DNA of 64,000 nt from Cellvibrionaceae bacterium (GCA_036520615.1 DATDJI010000091.1:44734-108733); one strand, 5' to 3'. Shown: positions 27,966 through 38,496, numbered from the stretch's first letter. Numbers and translations are program-made. Notes: generated by a model from the sequence alone, not told the origin.

Positions 27966-29789
27966 CTAATCCACCGGGAGCGCATCTCCATGCGTTAAAC
28001 ATGCCACCCTGTTGCGCCCGCGATTTTTAGCTAGGTAAAGGGCTTCATCGGCTAATTCGAATACCTCGCGTGGCAGCGTGTTCTGATTGGGAATTAAGCT
28101 GCCGACACCTAGGCTAAGCGTCAATTGCAGACATCCTGCTGGGTAACAAAATTCACTACTTGCCACCAAAGTGCAGATCTTCTCTGCTACTACCTGGGCG
28201 CCTTCCGAGTCAGACCCTGGCAAAATGAGCGCCATTTCCTCGCCCCCCGAGCGGAAAACTATATCCGGCGGCTGCCGCACCAAGTGGCGCAGCAGGCGCG
28301 CCAGTTGAATCAAACAGTCGTCACCCACTGGATGCCCGTAGGTATCGTTGATCTTTTTAAAATGATCTACGTCTATCAGCACCAAACTGATCGGCCGATG
28401 CTCTCTAGCAGCGCGGCGCACTTCGGTTTCTAACAGGTGATCAAAATGGCGGCGATTGAACAAACCTGTAAGGCTATCGGTGATCGTCTGCTTGGACAGC
28501 TCCATATTAAGCTTGCTCACTTCACATAGAGCAGCCTGTAGTGCAGCGGTTTTTTCCTCTACTGCTTGGGCCAGCTTTTGCGCCTGGGCGTGCTCGTGTT
28601 CAATCGCTTTGCGCTGTTCGCTGCGTACGCTGAATTCCTGTTCCAGCCGCTGTGAATAATCAAGCTTAACGCGGTTACAGACCATAAACGTTAGCAGTGC
28701 AATTTGTAGCAGGCTTGCCAACTGGCTGAGCGAATAGGTCGCAGTTCCGCTAGCTAATGGTACACCCCAGCAGTTGAGCATTGCTCCGAGCGTACCCGCC
28801 AAAAATATCACCCATGCGGCGCAATACCGGCCGCTGCCCGCCCGCTGTGCCCGCACCCAGATTGCTCCTAACACTACCTGGCTGACACAGTGCACACCGA
28901 TAAGTAGGAGACTGGCCTTTAATGCAGTGGCAAACGGCAGCAAAGGGCTTAGCGCCATAAAGCCAAGCGCTGTCCACAATAGGCTGTGACAGATGTAAAA
29001 GCCGCGCTCCGCAGGTGTTAAACGAAATACACGCAGGGCAAAACGCGCCGCCAGTGCTACTGCTGAAGCCAAAAAAATAGGCATAGCCATTTGATTAAGA
29101 GCGGGGAACTGCGGCCAGGCGTAGGCGAACAATAAGCCGCTGTACAGCCCTTCTACCGCCGCGTAAGCCAGCACTAAAAGACCGAACAGACCGTAAGTGC
29201 TGTCGCGGTGGGTCAACCATAAAAACAGCGCAAAAATGCCTGCTGCCAGGAAAAATCCGTAAAAAATTCCCTGCATTAATAGATAGCGATGATCGCTCTG
29301 CGCGAGCTCTTCGCGGGATACCAGCTGTAAAGGCACCTGCAAAACTCCATTAGTCTGTACCCATAGGTAAAGAATTTGCGGGCTGGTCGAGGCAGCTACG
29401 GGAAACACAAAATTGCGATGAGCGAGGGGCCGCATAGCGAACGGCAGCATATCGCCCGTATTGAGCTGTCGCACCAACTGGCCTTCACTCAGCTGATAAA
29501 AACGTACGTGGTCCAGATGTGGATAGGATAAAAGTAAAAGTAGAGGGTCTTTGGCAGCTGGCAGCGTGACACGTAACCAGTGCGGTCGAGGGTTAAAGCC
29601 GAGGGATGAATCGACACCTTGCAATGGTTGCCAGCGCTCGGTAGGTGCTAGGGCTATTGTGCTGATCGTGAAGTTGTCGTCGGGTAAGTAAGCGGCATCA
29701 AGGCGAGCTTGGGCAATGACAGTTTGGCTTGCGATCATCCACAAGAGCGCAATACACAAACATCGATTTAGGGTGCCCCCAAAGCCCAT
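27966..29789 (-). CDS. Diguanylate cyclase with 7TMR-DISM-type periplasmic and 7-TM sensor domains
   Basis: Signal peptide plus a periplasmic domain, 7 TM helices and a coiled coil. GGDEF domain (LTGLFNRRHF...GGEEMALILPG; GGEEM variant). Confidence 0.85.
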   Translation of the reverse strand: MGFGGTLNRCLCIALLWMIASQTVIAQARLDAAYLPDDNFTISTIALAPTERWQPLQGVDSSLGFNPRPHWLRVTLPAAKDPLLLLLSYPHLDHVRFYQLSEGQLVRQLNTGDMLPFAMRPLAHRNFVFPVAASTSPQILYLWVQTNGVLQVPLQLVSREELAQSDHRYLLMQGIFYGFFLAAGIFALFLWLTHRDSTYGLFGLLVLAYAAVEGLYSGLLFAYAWPQFPALNQMAMPIFLASAVALAARFALRVFRLTPAERGFYICHSLLWTALGFMALSPLLPFATALKASLLLIGVHCVSQVVLGAIWVRAQRAGSGRYCAAWVIFLAGTLGAMLNCWGVPLASGTATYSLSQLASLLQIALLTFMVCNRVKLDYSQRLEQEFSVRSEQRKAIEHEHAQAQKLAQAVEEKTAALQAALCEVSKLNMELSKQTITDSLTGLFNRRHFDHLLETEVRRAAREHRPISLVLIDVDHFKKINDTYGHPVGDDCLIQLARLLRHLVRQPPDIVFRSGGEEMALILPGSDSEGAQVVAEKICTLVASSEFCYPAGCLQLTLSLGVGSLIPNQNTLPREVFELADEALYLAKNRGRNRVACLTHGDALPVD

Positions 29790-30010
29790 AGACCACTCAC
29801 CTGGCGTGTTGGATTCGGGGCGGCAATATACGCCATTTAGCCTTCCCGCAGAGGTTACATCTAAGTATTAAGTGTTATCTGGATCACGGATATCAGTTTA
29901 AAGTTGCACGGCCTGCAATTAGTATTTTGACTATTAGCCACAGCGTGGATTTATTCCCTGGGGCCTATATACTGCCGCGCCTAAACGGCAAGACCTTCAC
30001 CGGAGTTTTT

Positions 30011-30484
30011 ATGCACGCACCTGCTGACGTTCTAGAAAAAGCTTTGGGCATCGCGCTCATTGCTCATGCAGGTCAAAAGGATAAAGCCGGAGCCCCTTAC
30101 ATTATGCATCCGCTGCGCCTGATGATGACTGCAGCAGGCCCAGATGCGCAAGTGACCGCATTATTGCACGATGTGTTAGAAGACTCAGACATCACAGAAG
30201 ACGACCTTTATGCAGCTGGTATACCGTCACATATCTGCGCTGCTGTCGCTACGCTTACCCGTCAGCTTGATGAAACCTATGAAGAGTTTATCGAGCGCAT
30301 TGCCTGCGACGACCTTGCCCGCAAAGTAAAAATTTTGGATATCCAGGATAATCTTAATTTACAGCGGCTGAAATCCGTTAATAAAGCCGACCTACTGCGT
30401 GTGACAGAGTATCACCGCGCGCTGCAATTTCTGCTGCAGATCGACGCTGTCGATGAAGAGGCCGGTGATCTGGAGTCCTATTAG
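30011..30484 (+). CDS. Small HD-domain hydrolase (SpoT/RelA hydrolase-like, possible small alarmone hydrolase)
   Basis: ATG at 30011 preceded by GGAG. Motifs AHAGQKDKAGAPYIMHPLRL and LLHDVLEDS. Confidence 0.7.
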   Translation: MHAPADVLEKALGIALIAHAGQKDKAGAPYIMHPLRLMMTAAGPDAQVTALLHDVLEDSDITEDDLYAAGIPSHICAAVATLTRQLDETYEEFIERIACDDLARKVKILDIQDNLNLQRLKSVNKADLLRVTEYHRALQFLLQIDAVDEEAGDLESY

Positions 30485-30525
30485 CAGGCTTGTTGAGCCT
30501 CTGGTCATCTATCCTCGCTCTTTAA

Positions 30526-31434
30526 TTAAGCGCGCAGATTGATTTTAATTTCCGCAGCATTCTCACCTTCGTGCACGCCAAAAATTTTTGCTCGCTCCAC
30601 AACGCCATGTGCCCAAGCGCTATGGGTTGCCACTTCACACATTGAGTCGTGCATTTTAAAAACCGCCGGCGCAGCAGCATCCATTACACGCAGGGCGACT
30701 TCAATATCGGCGTGGGGCACGCGGTATTGTTCATCAATTAACGGCACTTGGCTGGGATGAATAGCTGTTTTACCTACCATGCCGTGGGCTAGGTCTTCTG
30801 CCAATTCCTCCGCCAGCAAGCCTGGGTTATCCAAATGTTCAAAGACCGGCGCTGTAAGCGCAAAACCGTAGGGGCGAAACAGCGTGGCGAGTTTGGCGAT
30901 GACAAGTCCCAAAGGCGTGCGGTAAATGCTCAGCGTGCGCGGGCGGCGGATGCCGAGCAAAGCGAGTAAATCGTTGCCGCCAATACGCAGGGCCAAGATG
31001 CGCGGTTGAACTTCCGGCTGCTGTAAACAGGCACGAAATAACAGCATTTCCTGATCATCGAAGACTTCGATCGTCTCAAGCGTGGGCATCAGCAGATGCT
31101 GCGTGTGGCGCACGGCGGCGAAATAAGCGGGGAAATTGTGCCGCGTGGCCTTGGGCACAACAAACCCGCATAAGCGCTCAATGCCCGGCATCTGCAGCAA
31201 TTCATCCAACACATCTAAATTGCGCACGCGTATAAAGCGCTGCGAGCCGGGCACCTGGGGTAACAAAGGCAAAGCGGCCTTGAGAATGGCAAGCGCAGTG
31301 GGTAAATCGCCGCTGCTGATCGCATCTTCAGTGCAGAAAATCACTGAGCGCAGATCGCTTACGGCAATGTGTGCGAGGTTTTTGTGGGTGGCAGGCACAT
31401 ACAATGAGGCGCCTAGAGTCGGAATATTAGCCAT
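30526..31434 (-). CDS. HpcH/HpaI aldolase / citrate-lyase-beta (CitE)-like TIM-barrel protein, Ter-associated
   Basis: The N-terminus (SLYVPATH), FCTEDA, a middle GGNDL block and KTAIHPSQV match the CitE/HpcH pattern. Overlaps the upstream gene by 8 nt. Confidence 0.75.
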   Translation of the reverse strand: MANIPTLGASLYVPATHKNLAHIAVSDLRSVIFCTEDAISSGDLPTALAILKAALPLLPQVPGSQRFIRVRNLDVLDELLQMPGIERLCGFVVPKATRHNFPAYFAAVRHTQHLLMPTLETIEVFDDQEMLLFRACLQQPEVQPRILALRIGGNDLLALLGIRRPRTLSIYRTPLGLVIAKLATLFRPYGFALTAPVFEHLDNPGLLAEELAEDLAHGMVGKTAIHPSQVPLIDEQYRVPHADIEVALRVMDAAAPAVFKMHDSMCEVATHSAWAHGVVERAKIFGVHEGENAAEIKINLRA

Positions 31435-32533
31435 CGGGGGAGCTCTTAATTAGGGATACTGCTTGGTAAGGTAGATGGGCATCTTCTAGCACCGGGACGG
31501 ATTTTTCAGCTGCTAAAACGCGCAAATGGGCAACTTCCTGCGCCGCTAAATCGCGCACTATCAGCAATCTTGGTACGCGGCGCAGCAATACACGAGTGGC
31601 TTCGCCGATGCCTGGTTTAATTAAATTAATGTCGTTTATCGCAAATGTTGCTTGGGTTGCCTGCAAAAATGCTTGTGCACTGGCTGCAAGTTGCTCGGTG
31701 TTCACCGCTTGTGTGGCAAGTTGGTGTGGGCTTAAGCCCTGCGCGCACTGGTCTAAGGCTAAATCGGTGATGAGATCCACAAACCATTGGGACACATCGG
31801 CTGCAGCTAAGTGCGAGTAATAAACGCAGCCGTGAAAATCGCCAGGGCCAATAGCATCGGCAAGCACCGAGCGGCTGAGAAGTCCCGAGACAGTGGCGTT
31901 TAAAATGGAGGAAGGCAGCAAATAATCAGACCCTGAGGCAGCGCCTAAGCTCACCCCCGCTAAATCCACTAACGCGTATAAGCCACTGTCGATATGCAAG
32001 CCATGCAGTAGATTAAACGCTTCTATGGAAGATTTAAGTTCGCGGGCGATCACCCCTTTACCCGTCCAGCCGTCGATAAACACAATGGATTCAGCGGCGG
32101 CGCCACGCTTTAGAATGCTCGTAAGTGCCACCGTATCCAAACCGCGATCGCGCACTATAGATACGCTGTAATGGCGTACTTCCCGGCCAAGCCAGCGGCG
32201 TAAAAGCCGCGTGATAATTACCCCCAAAGGTGTGCCGCCGCGCATTAATGACACCAGCGTAATCGCCCCGGATTTGCGAGCAGCTATCAGCGCAGTGAGC
32301 GTTAAACACTCTTTAGCCATACGCGCGCCGTTGCTTGTGCAGGCGTCTGTAAACAGTTTTTGATAGGTGGTAGATGGAGCCGTCTCCGCTGATAGCATCT
32401 GGCTGTAATGGCGCTGGCCGGATTGGATCAGCTGCTCCTTGCGCGCGACGGCGATGGTTGGCTGAGCCGGTAGACGCGTGACGAGAAATTCCACGTCCTC
32501 GGTGTTGTAACTGCCGCTAAAGCTGCTATTCAC
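31427..32533 (-). CDS. Ter-associated phosphoribosyltransferase-like protein (family often annotated 'StiP')
   Basis: PRTase-type loop (VFIDGWTGKG). Sits in the conserved ATP-grasp/PRT/HAD/PRT/CitE gene context, with a 4-nt overlap onto the HAD gene. Confidence 0.6.
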   Translation of the reverse strand: MNSSFSGSYNTEDVEFLVTRLPAQPTIAVARKEQLIQSGQRHYSQMLSAETAPSTTYQKLFTDACTSNGARMAKECLTLTALIAARKSGAITLVSLMRGGTPLGVIITRLLRRWLGREVRHYSVSIVRDRGLDTVALTSILKRGAAAESIVFIDGWTGKGVIARELKSSIEAFNLLHGLHIDSGLYALVDLAGVSLGAASGSDYLLPSSILNATVSGLLSRSVLADAIGPGDFHGCVYYSHLAAADVSQWFVDLITDLALDQCAQGLSPHQLATQAVNTEQLAASAQAFLQATQATFAINDINLIKPGIGEATRVLLRRVPRLLIVRDLAAQEVAHLRVLAAEKSVPVLEDAHLPYQAVSLIKSSPDG

Positions 32534-33288
32534 GTACGACTTGCCCCGAACGCCGCAGCGGCCAGTTGGCTTGCGCGGGGGATTATGGCGTAGTCGCAGA
32601 GCGCTAAAAATTGCGCATCGGAGCAGCTATCACCCATACCCAGCGTCATAATCTCACCGTGTTCGGCGCGCAGAAGTTCAATCACATAAGCCACCGCGCG
32701 GGACTTATCTAAGGTTTTTGGCAGCAAAGCAAGATTGTTGCCGTTGCTGTGCAAAACATACTCATCCCCGTCGTGGGCAAGCCAGGGTATTAATACGGCT
32801 TGTTCAATTTCGCCTAGGCGCGCAAGGTTTTTCTCTGGGTCTTTAAGGAGCGAAAAAAAGCCAATACCTGCATCATTCATTAACCGCCCGCGATTAGGCA
32901 AACCCTCGCGGATGCAGTACTCATCAATAAGGCGAATAACATCTTCCAAACCTGTGCGCGCTTTTGCCATGTCCGCCGCCATTAGCTCGTGCCAATATTC
33001 ATCCAATGTGCCATCGGGCTTTTGCACCAGTCCACCAAAATTAAGGATGACATAGCTGCTAAATGGAATATTTACCCGTGCGAATGAATCCAAATCCCGC
33101 GCCGTTGTAGGAATAAGCGTTGTTTCGCGGCCCACCAATTCCAACCAGGCGCGCTGGCGGGCATTGCTAAATGAATTAGCACTGCCATCGCGCAGAAACG
33201 CGGCGGGCGCTAAATCATCAGTATCCGCGCATTTGGCGCGAGTCTGGAATAGGGTGTCGTCCAGATCTATAAAGAGAATTTTTTTCAC
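32530..33288 (-). CDS. HAD-superfamily phosphatase
   Basis: Motif I (FIDLDDTLF) at the N-terminus, TTAR (motif II) and GMGDSCSD (motif IV). Confidence 0.8.
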   Translation of the reverse strand: MKKILFIDLDDTLFQTRAKCADTDDLAPAAFLRDGSANSFSNARQRAWLELVGRETTLIPTTARDLDSFARVNIPFSSYVILNFGGLVQKPDGTLDEYWHELMAADMAKARTGLEDVIRLIDEYCIREGLPNRGRLMNDAGIGFFSLLKDPEKNLARLGEIEQAVLIPWLAHDGDEYVLHSNGNNLALLPKTLDKSRAVAYVIELLRAEHGEIMTLGMGDSCSDAQFLALCDYAIIPRASQLAAAAFGASRT

Positions 33289-33544
33289 TGATGTTCTCGA
33301 ATATTTAATTTTTTACTGAATGCTTTTTAAGTATGCTTCTCTGCGATGTATCAGAATGATTACTCTTAAAAAATTAATTTCGCAGGCGTGACTTTCAGAG
33401 AGCACACGGTAAAATTATTTCCGGCATTAAAATGTTGAAAATTACTGCGTTTCCAATTCACGCTTTAAAAGGCGGATAAATAGCTTCCATATCCTATAGA
33501 CTGAATTGCTCAACAATAATCTTTCCGTAACAATGCCTCGAAAT

Positions 33545-34705
33545 TCATTCATTTGATGAACCCGAGCAATAAATCAATCGCCCACCCACAAGCGCCGCTA
33601 ACTCACGCAGCTCATCATTCTCCGGAGTTTCATGACATATCAATACTTCGTCATAAAATCCAGGCGTAAGGTTATAAATATAATTCGGCACACCTTCGCC
33701 GTAATTATCACTAAAACTAATACTCTGTTGGATTGCACCCCAGCTAAGGACGGGGGAGCGAGTTGTGGATTGCACCCAGACGGCGTGACCTAAACCCTCT
33801 AAACACATGGCAAGCAAAAATGGCCAGTGCATAAATTCCCCGGTGCCGAGCACGAGAATCTTCGCATCGGGCTCCAAATCTTCGCTTAATTGCAGCGCTT
33901 GCGAATGCGGTAATTGCAGTGAGTGAGCGATCCCAACTCGACCAAAGGCGTCGCTTGCACCTGAAGGTGTATAGCTGCTGGCCGCTTGTGCAGCTGGGGG
34001 ATGAACATCTATGGGCGCTGGAAAAAACTCGTAGTAACCTTCGATTAGCGCGCCCGAGCTTACATCCAAGCCAAATGCCTGCGGGCAATTAGCGCGGGCA
34101 TCAACGGACATAAAATTGGCGGGTGTAGCCAGGTGCACATGGCTTAAGCCCGGACAATAGCTACGGCAGGCCTGCGTTAAATTAACAAATGTATTGCCCG
34201 TGCTAGCCTCGTCATCAATTAATACAAGGCTGCGCGCTTGGCGAAATTGCGCGGCGAGGATTGGATCGCGCGGTAGATGCAAATATTGGCGCGGCGCGTG
34301 GCTGTGGGTTTCGGCAAACTCTATTAATTCACAGCCTTCTATCGGGTAGCGCGTGCTGTGAATAAATAGGCAGGGGCTGTTCGGGTGCAAGCGTTGATAG
34401 GCTTCAAATACGCCCTGGCCCAAGCCCACGGCGGTTTCGGCCATAGCGATAAACAGCAACGGGCCGGGCAGGTGCGCAGGGATTTGTGCGGCTAATTCAT
34501 CCTGAATACGCAGCATTACGGCAGGCTGCACCGGCCAGTGTTTGGCGAGAATTTTACTGACAAATAAAAACCCTCGCTTGGCATTGGCGCGGGCACCGAA
34601 GCCTAATAGCTCATCGAGCCTATCGGCGCCCTTCGTAAGTTGCAACTGCAGCTGGCCCGTCGGTAATTGCAAAATCTGCGGTGTTTGCATCTGCTTAGCG
34701 TTCAC
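33545..34705 (-). CDS. Ter-associated phosphoribosyltransferase-domain protein
   Basis: PRPP-binding-type acidic loop (LVLIDDEASTGNT). Has a 4-nt overlap with the ATP-grasp gene. Confidence 0.7.
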   Translation of the reverse strand: MNAKQMQTPQILQLPTGQLQLQLTKGADRLDELLGFGARANAKRGFLFVSKILAKHWPVQPAVMLRIQDELAAQIPAHLPGPLLFIAMAETAVGLGQGVFEAYQRLHPNSPCLFIHSTRYPIEGCELIEFAETHSHAPRQYLHLPRDPILAAQFRQARSLVLIDDEASTGNTFVNLTQACRSYCPGLSHVHLATPANFMSVDARANCPQAFGLDVSSGALIEGYYEFFPAPIDVHPPAAQAASSYTPSGASDAFGRVGIAHSLQLPHSQALQLSEDLEPDAKILVLGTGEFMHWPFLLAMCLEGLGHAVWVQSTTRSPVLSWGAIQQSISFSDNYGEGVPNYIYNLTPGFYDEVLICHETPENDELRELAALVGGRLIYCSGSSNE

Positions 34706-35724
34706 GCAAGCTCCGTGGCATGGGCGAGTTCGGTTACGCGAATACCGTTGCGGATCGGCGGAATAGAGAGCTTATCGAACCCGCGATCAAAGCCTGTAAT
34801 ACCGATATACGGCAAGTTCGGCCCAGCAAGACACGCCATAGCGACGCCACCGGAAAGACGCGCGTTAATTTCTAATAATCCGAGACCTTGTTTGCGCTCG
34901 CGAAATTGCGCGTTAAAAAAACCGTTGAGCTGATAATCCGCAGCTAATTGGGTAACGCTTTGTAGAATGTCTTCGCGTAGATCAATAGTTTGGCCGCGCC
35001 CGGATAAAAGCGATTTACGCCGAGGTATAGCGGTAATTAATCGGCCGTTATCGGCTACACAATCCACGCTGTATTCGTGACCGGGTAAATATTCCATAAC
35101 CAGTATTTTTTTAAATTGACCCAATTGAGCGAGGCCCCGCCGTAAATCGTGCAGGTTGATATGGTAGGGCACGCCTTCGAGTAATAATTCGGCGCAGGAG
35201 CGCTTTTCATCCAAAACGCTAAAACCCAAACCGAATACGGATGAGGAAGGTTTAATGCAAAGTTTGGCGTGGCGGCCGCGCAACTCATCATAGGCGGCAT
35301 CAAATTCCGCGAGGGTATGCGCCACGCGAAATTCAGCTGGCGGCGCTAAGGGCAAATTAAGGCTTTGACAAAAACGGCCCTTATCATTAATTAAACGTAA
35401 ATTTTCTTCGCTGGCCGTGGATAAAACCCGTGTGCCAATAGCGGCAAATTGCGCGTGCATACGCGCCATTACACTCGCCTCTTTACCCGGCACAAAAATA
35501 GCAATTTTGTGTGTTTGGCAAAACTCTAAACACCAGGCCGCGTATTCTTCCCCCAGCAAGCCTTTAGGTTCAACATAGGGTTCATCAGCGGCTAAAAACG
35601 CGGGGGCATGGGCGTTGGTATTACTGCAAATTAATTGATATTCGTTTTGAGTATCACCCTGCCGAATTAAACGCAAAGCGGCGGCTAAAGAGGAAAAGGT
35701 TTTGTTGAACCAGACGCGGGTCAT
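34702..35724 (-). CDS. ATP-grasp enzyme, Ter-associated
   Basis: ATP-grasp pattern (LCIKPSSSVFGLGF, VMEYLPGHEYSVD, LLEINARLSGG). Confidence 0.75.
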   Translation of the reverse strand: MTRVWFNKTFSSLAAALRLIRQGDTQNEYQLICSNTNAHAPAFLAADEPYVEPKGLLGEEYAAWCLEFCQTHKIAIFVPGKEASVMARMHAQFAAIGTRVLSTASEENLRLINDKGRFCQSLNLPLAPPAEFRVAHTLAEFDAAYDELRGRHAKLCIKPSSSVFGLGFSVLDEKRSCAELLLEGVPYHINLHDLRRGLAQLGQFKKILVMEYLPGHEYSVDCVADNGRLITAIPRRKSLLSGRGQTIDLREDILQSVTQLAADYQLNGFFNAQFRERKQGLGLLEINARLSGGVAMACLAGPNLPYIGITGFDRGFDKLSIPPIRNGIRVTELAHATELA

Positions 35725-35848
35725 GAACTGTTATTACCTAATAGCGTGAGTAATTAGGTGAAAAAAACGCATATATTTTCACCTTATGCTTGGAGGAATG
35801 TGGGCGGTAGTGGTTGTAGCGGTAATAGAAATATTTGCGCCTTAAAAA

Positions 35849-35962
35849 CCTCACCCTAGCTCGCCCTCCAAAAGGGGAGAGCACAAAAACCTCATTGAAA
35901 GCCGAATTGGCTTTAAAGTTTTTGCTTTCCCCTTTTTACAGAAAGGAGCGAGAAGGCTGAGG
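35849..35962. repeat. 114-bp imperfect palindrome (REP/MITE-like structured element) between the TerD-family block and the biosynthetic genes
   Basis: The left arm is CCTCACCCTAGCTCGCCCTCCAAAAGGGGAGAGCACAAAAAC. The reverse complement of the right arm is CCTCAGCCTTCTCGCTCCTTTCTGTAAAAAGGGGAAAGCAAAAAC. The central AAAGCC-GAATT-GGCTTT forms a hairpin. Confidence 0.55.
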
Positions 35963-36071
35963 ATCAGTCGTTTTAAGCTACAGACAGGTCGATTAGTTTT
36001 TTGTCTGTCTGCCTGACTGTTTAATGTCATGCAATTTAGGAAAACGATCCGCGCGCTGTAAAAAAAATTAA

Positions 36072-36665
36072 TTAAAGGTGCGGAGTAATCGCCGGCAACA
36101 ATTCATTAAATGTCCGTCCGTTAGCCGTTTCACCAATTGCATGTAATTTCCATTCGCCGCCATGACGATAAAGTTTGGCCATGATTTGTGCGTTGTAATT
36201 ACCTAACCCTGATAAATTAAAACGCGCAACTTCAGTATTGTTAGCGGCATTAACCAAGCGCACGGTGGCGTTGGCGACTTGAGAGAAATTCTGGCCGGTA
36301 AAACTATTAACGGTAAATACCAGGCTTTTAACTGTGGCGGGCACCTGCGTGAGATTAACGATAATTTGCTCGTCGTCGCCGTCACCCGCGCCGGTGCGGT
36401 TATCGCCAGTGTGTTGGATGGAGCCGTCTTTGGAGCGCAATTGGCGGAACCATACGGCATCTACAGTATTATTTTGCTCATCGAATAAAATACACGAGGC
36501 GTCAAGGTCTACATCGACCTGTTTATTGCCGCCTAGGAATCCCATAATGCCTTTTTTTTCTGGCTGAACTACATCCCAACCTAGGCCCATGATGATTTTA
36601 GTAAGGCTAGTGCCGGCCTCTTTGTCGAGGGAAATTTTTTGACCTTTTTGTAAATTAATGGACAT
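36072..36665 (-). CDS. TerD-family protein (TerZ/TerX-like paralog)
   Basis: MSINLQKGQKISL N-terminus. Ca-binding motif GDNRTGAGDGDDEQI. C-terminal GEWKLHAIG. Confidence 0.85.
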   Translation of the reverse strand: MSINLQKGQKISLDKEAGTSLTKIIMGLGWDVVQPEKKGIMGFLGGNKQVDVDLDASCILFDEQNNTVDAVWFRQLRSKDGSIQHTGDNRTGAGDGDDEQIIVNLTQVPATVKSLVFTVNSFTGQNFSQVANATVRLVNAANNTEVARFNLSGLGNYNAQIMAKLYRHGGEWKLHAIGETANGRTFNELLPAITPHL

Positions 36666-36706
36666 AGGGTTTCTCCATAAAAATTAAGGGATGGGTAAAA
36701 CTATTT

Positions 36707-37408
36707 TTAAGGTTTAAACAATTCAATAAATGACTTTCGATTACGTGAACAAATAAATACTTTACCCGCGCCGCTAAAGCGCAAAACTATACCCTCACCG
36801 CTGGTAGCGCTGTTGACCAAATTGCCCAGCATGCCGCCTAAACCGCCGCCACTGCTGCTGCCCGTAGTAACGGAAATTTCGTAGTGTAAATTGGCATCCC
36901 AGCAAACTACGTGGGCGTTGTCGATAATGACATCTTTACCCGGCTCCACATTAAGCTGAAACATCGAGCCAAAGCCCGACACGGCGAGCTGGCCGCTGCC
37001 ACTGGCTTCCATGAGGAAAAACCCACCGGATTGACCAAATAAGGCATTGCCGACACTTTGCGTGCGTACTTTAAGTTCAACGCCGGAGGTTGCGGCTACA
37101 AACGCGCCATCATTCAAAAAATAGCGATTTTTGCCGACTTCTACTACGTCCATAGCGCCGGGCATGTTAGGCGATAACAGGCAGTCGCCGTCGCCACGCA
37201 CCGCTTCAATATGTTGTTGAAAAAACGATTCACCATTGGCGAATGTGCGCATCAGAGCTGCACCAAAACCGCCGCCCATTTTGCCCTTTAAATCCAATGT
37301 GGCGTCCATCATCACCATGGCGCCGGATTCACAATATATTTTGTCGCCGCGCTGCATGCTGACATGTAAAAAAGGATCGACCTCACCGGTGGTGGTAAAA
37401 ACAGTCAT
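36707..37408 (-). CDS. AIM24 / TIGR00266 (DUF124) family protein
   Basis: Characteristic beta-rich pattern (GDKIYCESGAMVMMD...GSGQLAVSGFG...GEGIVLRFSGAGKVFI). Confidence 0.75.
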   Translation of the reverse strand: MTVFTTTGEVDPFLHVSMQRGDKIYCESGAMVMMDATLDLKGKMGGGFGAALMRTFANGESFFQQHIEAVRGDGDCLLSPNMPGAMDVVEVGKNRYFLNDGAFVAATSGVELKVRTQSVGNALFGQSGGFFLMEASGSGQLAVSGFGSMFQLNVEPGKDVIIDNAHVVCWDANLHYEISVTTGSSSGGGLGGMLGNLVNSATSGEGIVLRFSGAGKVFICSRNRKSFIELFKP

Positions 37409-37496
37409 AGCTTAGCTCCGAGAGAAAACAGTTGGGGCAAAACATAGTGCAAATGGCTCGATTAATTTCTGTGTCGAACGTTAAAAAACAGCTTCT

Positions 37497-37745
37497 TTAA
37501 GTTGTGACGATACAGCCGCCGGGTTTTAGAACTCGCTGCTGTGAGGCCGGATACTTTGCCAACATCGCAGCGGTGCGCACTGGCCGCGCTACTAAATTAC
37601 CTGCACAGTTAGGGCAGGCGCGGGCCAATACGCCTTCTGTGCACTGCCGGCAAAACGTACATTCGAACGTGCATATAAACGCTTCCGTGCTAGCCGGTGG
37701 TAGGTCTTTATTGCAGCACTCACAGTTAGGACGAAGTTCTAACAT
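37497..37745 (-). CDS. DUF1272 zinc-ribbon protein
   Basis: MLELRPNCECCNKDLPP...CTFECTFCRQC...CPNCAG Cys-cluster pattern. Confidence 0.7.
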   Translation of the reverse strand: MLELRPNCECCNKDLPPASTEAFICTFECTFCRQCTEGVLARACPNCAGNLVARPVRTAAMLAKYPASQQRVLKPGGCIVTT

Positions 37746-37836
37746 CGGTGGCGTTCCACATTAAACTGACCAGTTATACACCTAAGCCAAAGCTCCCTGC
37801 GCCGTCTAAGACACACGAGCAGAGAGCCTGGGAATA

Positions 37837-38412
37837 TTAGGCATTAATACCGTATGAGCGTGCCAAGGGGCCGAGACCCCCTGCGAAGCCCTGGCCTACT
37901 GCTTTAAATTTCCATTCGCTACCAGCGCGGTACACCTCTCCGAAGACCATGGCAGTTTCAGTAGAGCCGTCTTCCGATAGATCAAAACGGGCAATTTCTT
38001 TATCGCCGTCGGCGTTTAGCACGCGGATATAAGCTTTGCCCACCTGGCCGAAATTCTGACGACGTGCATCGGCATCGTGGATCGTTACTGCCACAACTAC
38101 ACGGTCAATATCAGCGGGAACATTAGCCAGATTGATGGTGAGCTGCTCGTCGTCACCATCGCCTTGGCCGGTGGTGTTATCGCCCAAATGCACTATTGAG
38201 CCGTCAGCAGATTTAAGGTTGTTGTAAAAAATAAAGTCTGCGTCAGAGCGTACTTTACCGTCGCTTTTGAGCAGGAATGCGCTGCCGTCCAAGTCAAAGG
38301 CTGCGCCATCGGTGGCGCGCGGATCCCAGCCAAGACCTACTTTGAGGTTTTTCAGGCTAGGTGCTTCTTTGCTTAAATTGACGTTGCCGCCTTTTTGTAA
38401 ACTAATAGCCAT
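37837..38412 (-). CDS. terD: TerD-family tellurium-resistance/stress protein
   Basis: [41 protein letters not shown] close paralog of the next gene. Confidence 0.9.
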   Translation of the reverse strand: MAISLQKGGNVNLSKEAPSLKNLKVGLGWDPRATDGAAFDLDGSAFLLKSDGKVRSDADFIFYNNLKSADGSIVHLGDNTTGQGDGDDEQLTINLANVPADIDRVVVAVTIHDADARRQNFGQVGKAYIRVLNADGDKEIARFDLSEDGSTETAMVFGEVYRAGSEWKFKAVGQGFAGGLGPLARSYGINA

Positions 38413-38496
38413 AATCAGTGCTCCTAAATGGTAAGGTTTTTTACTGTGAAATTATTACTTTTGGTTTATGAACAACACTTTTATGCAGTACTACCG

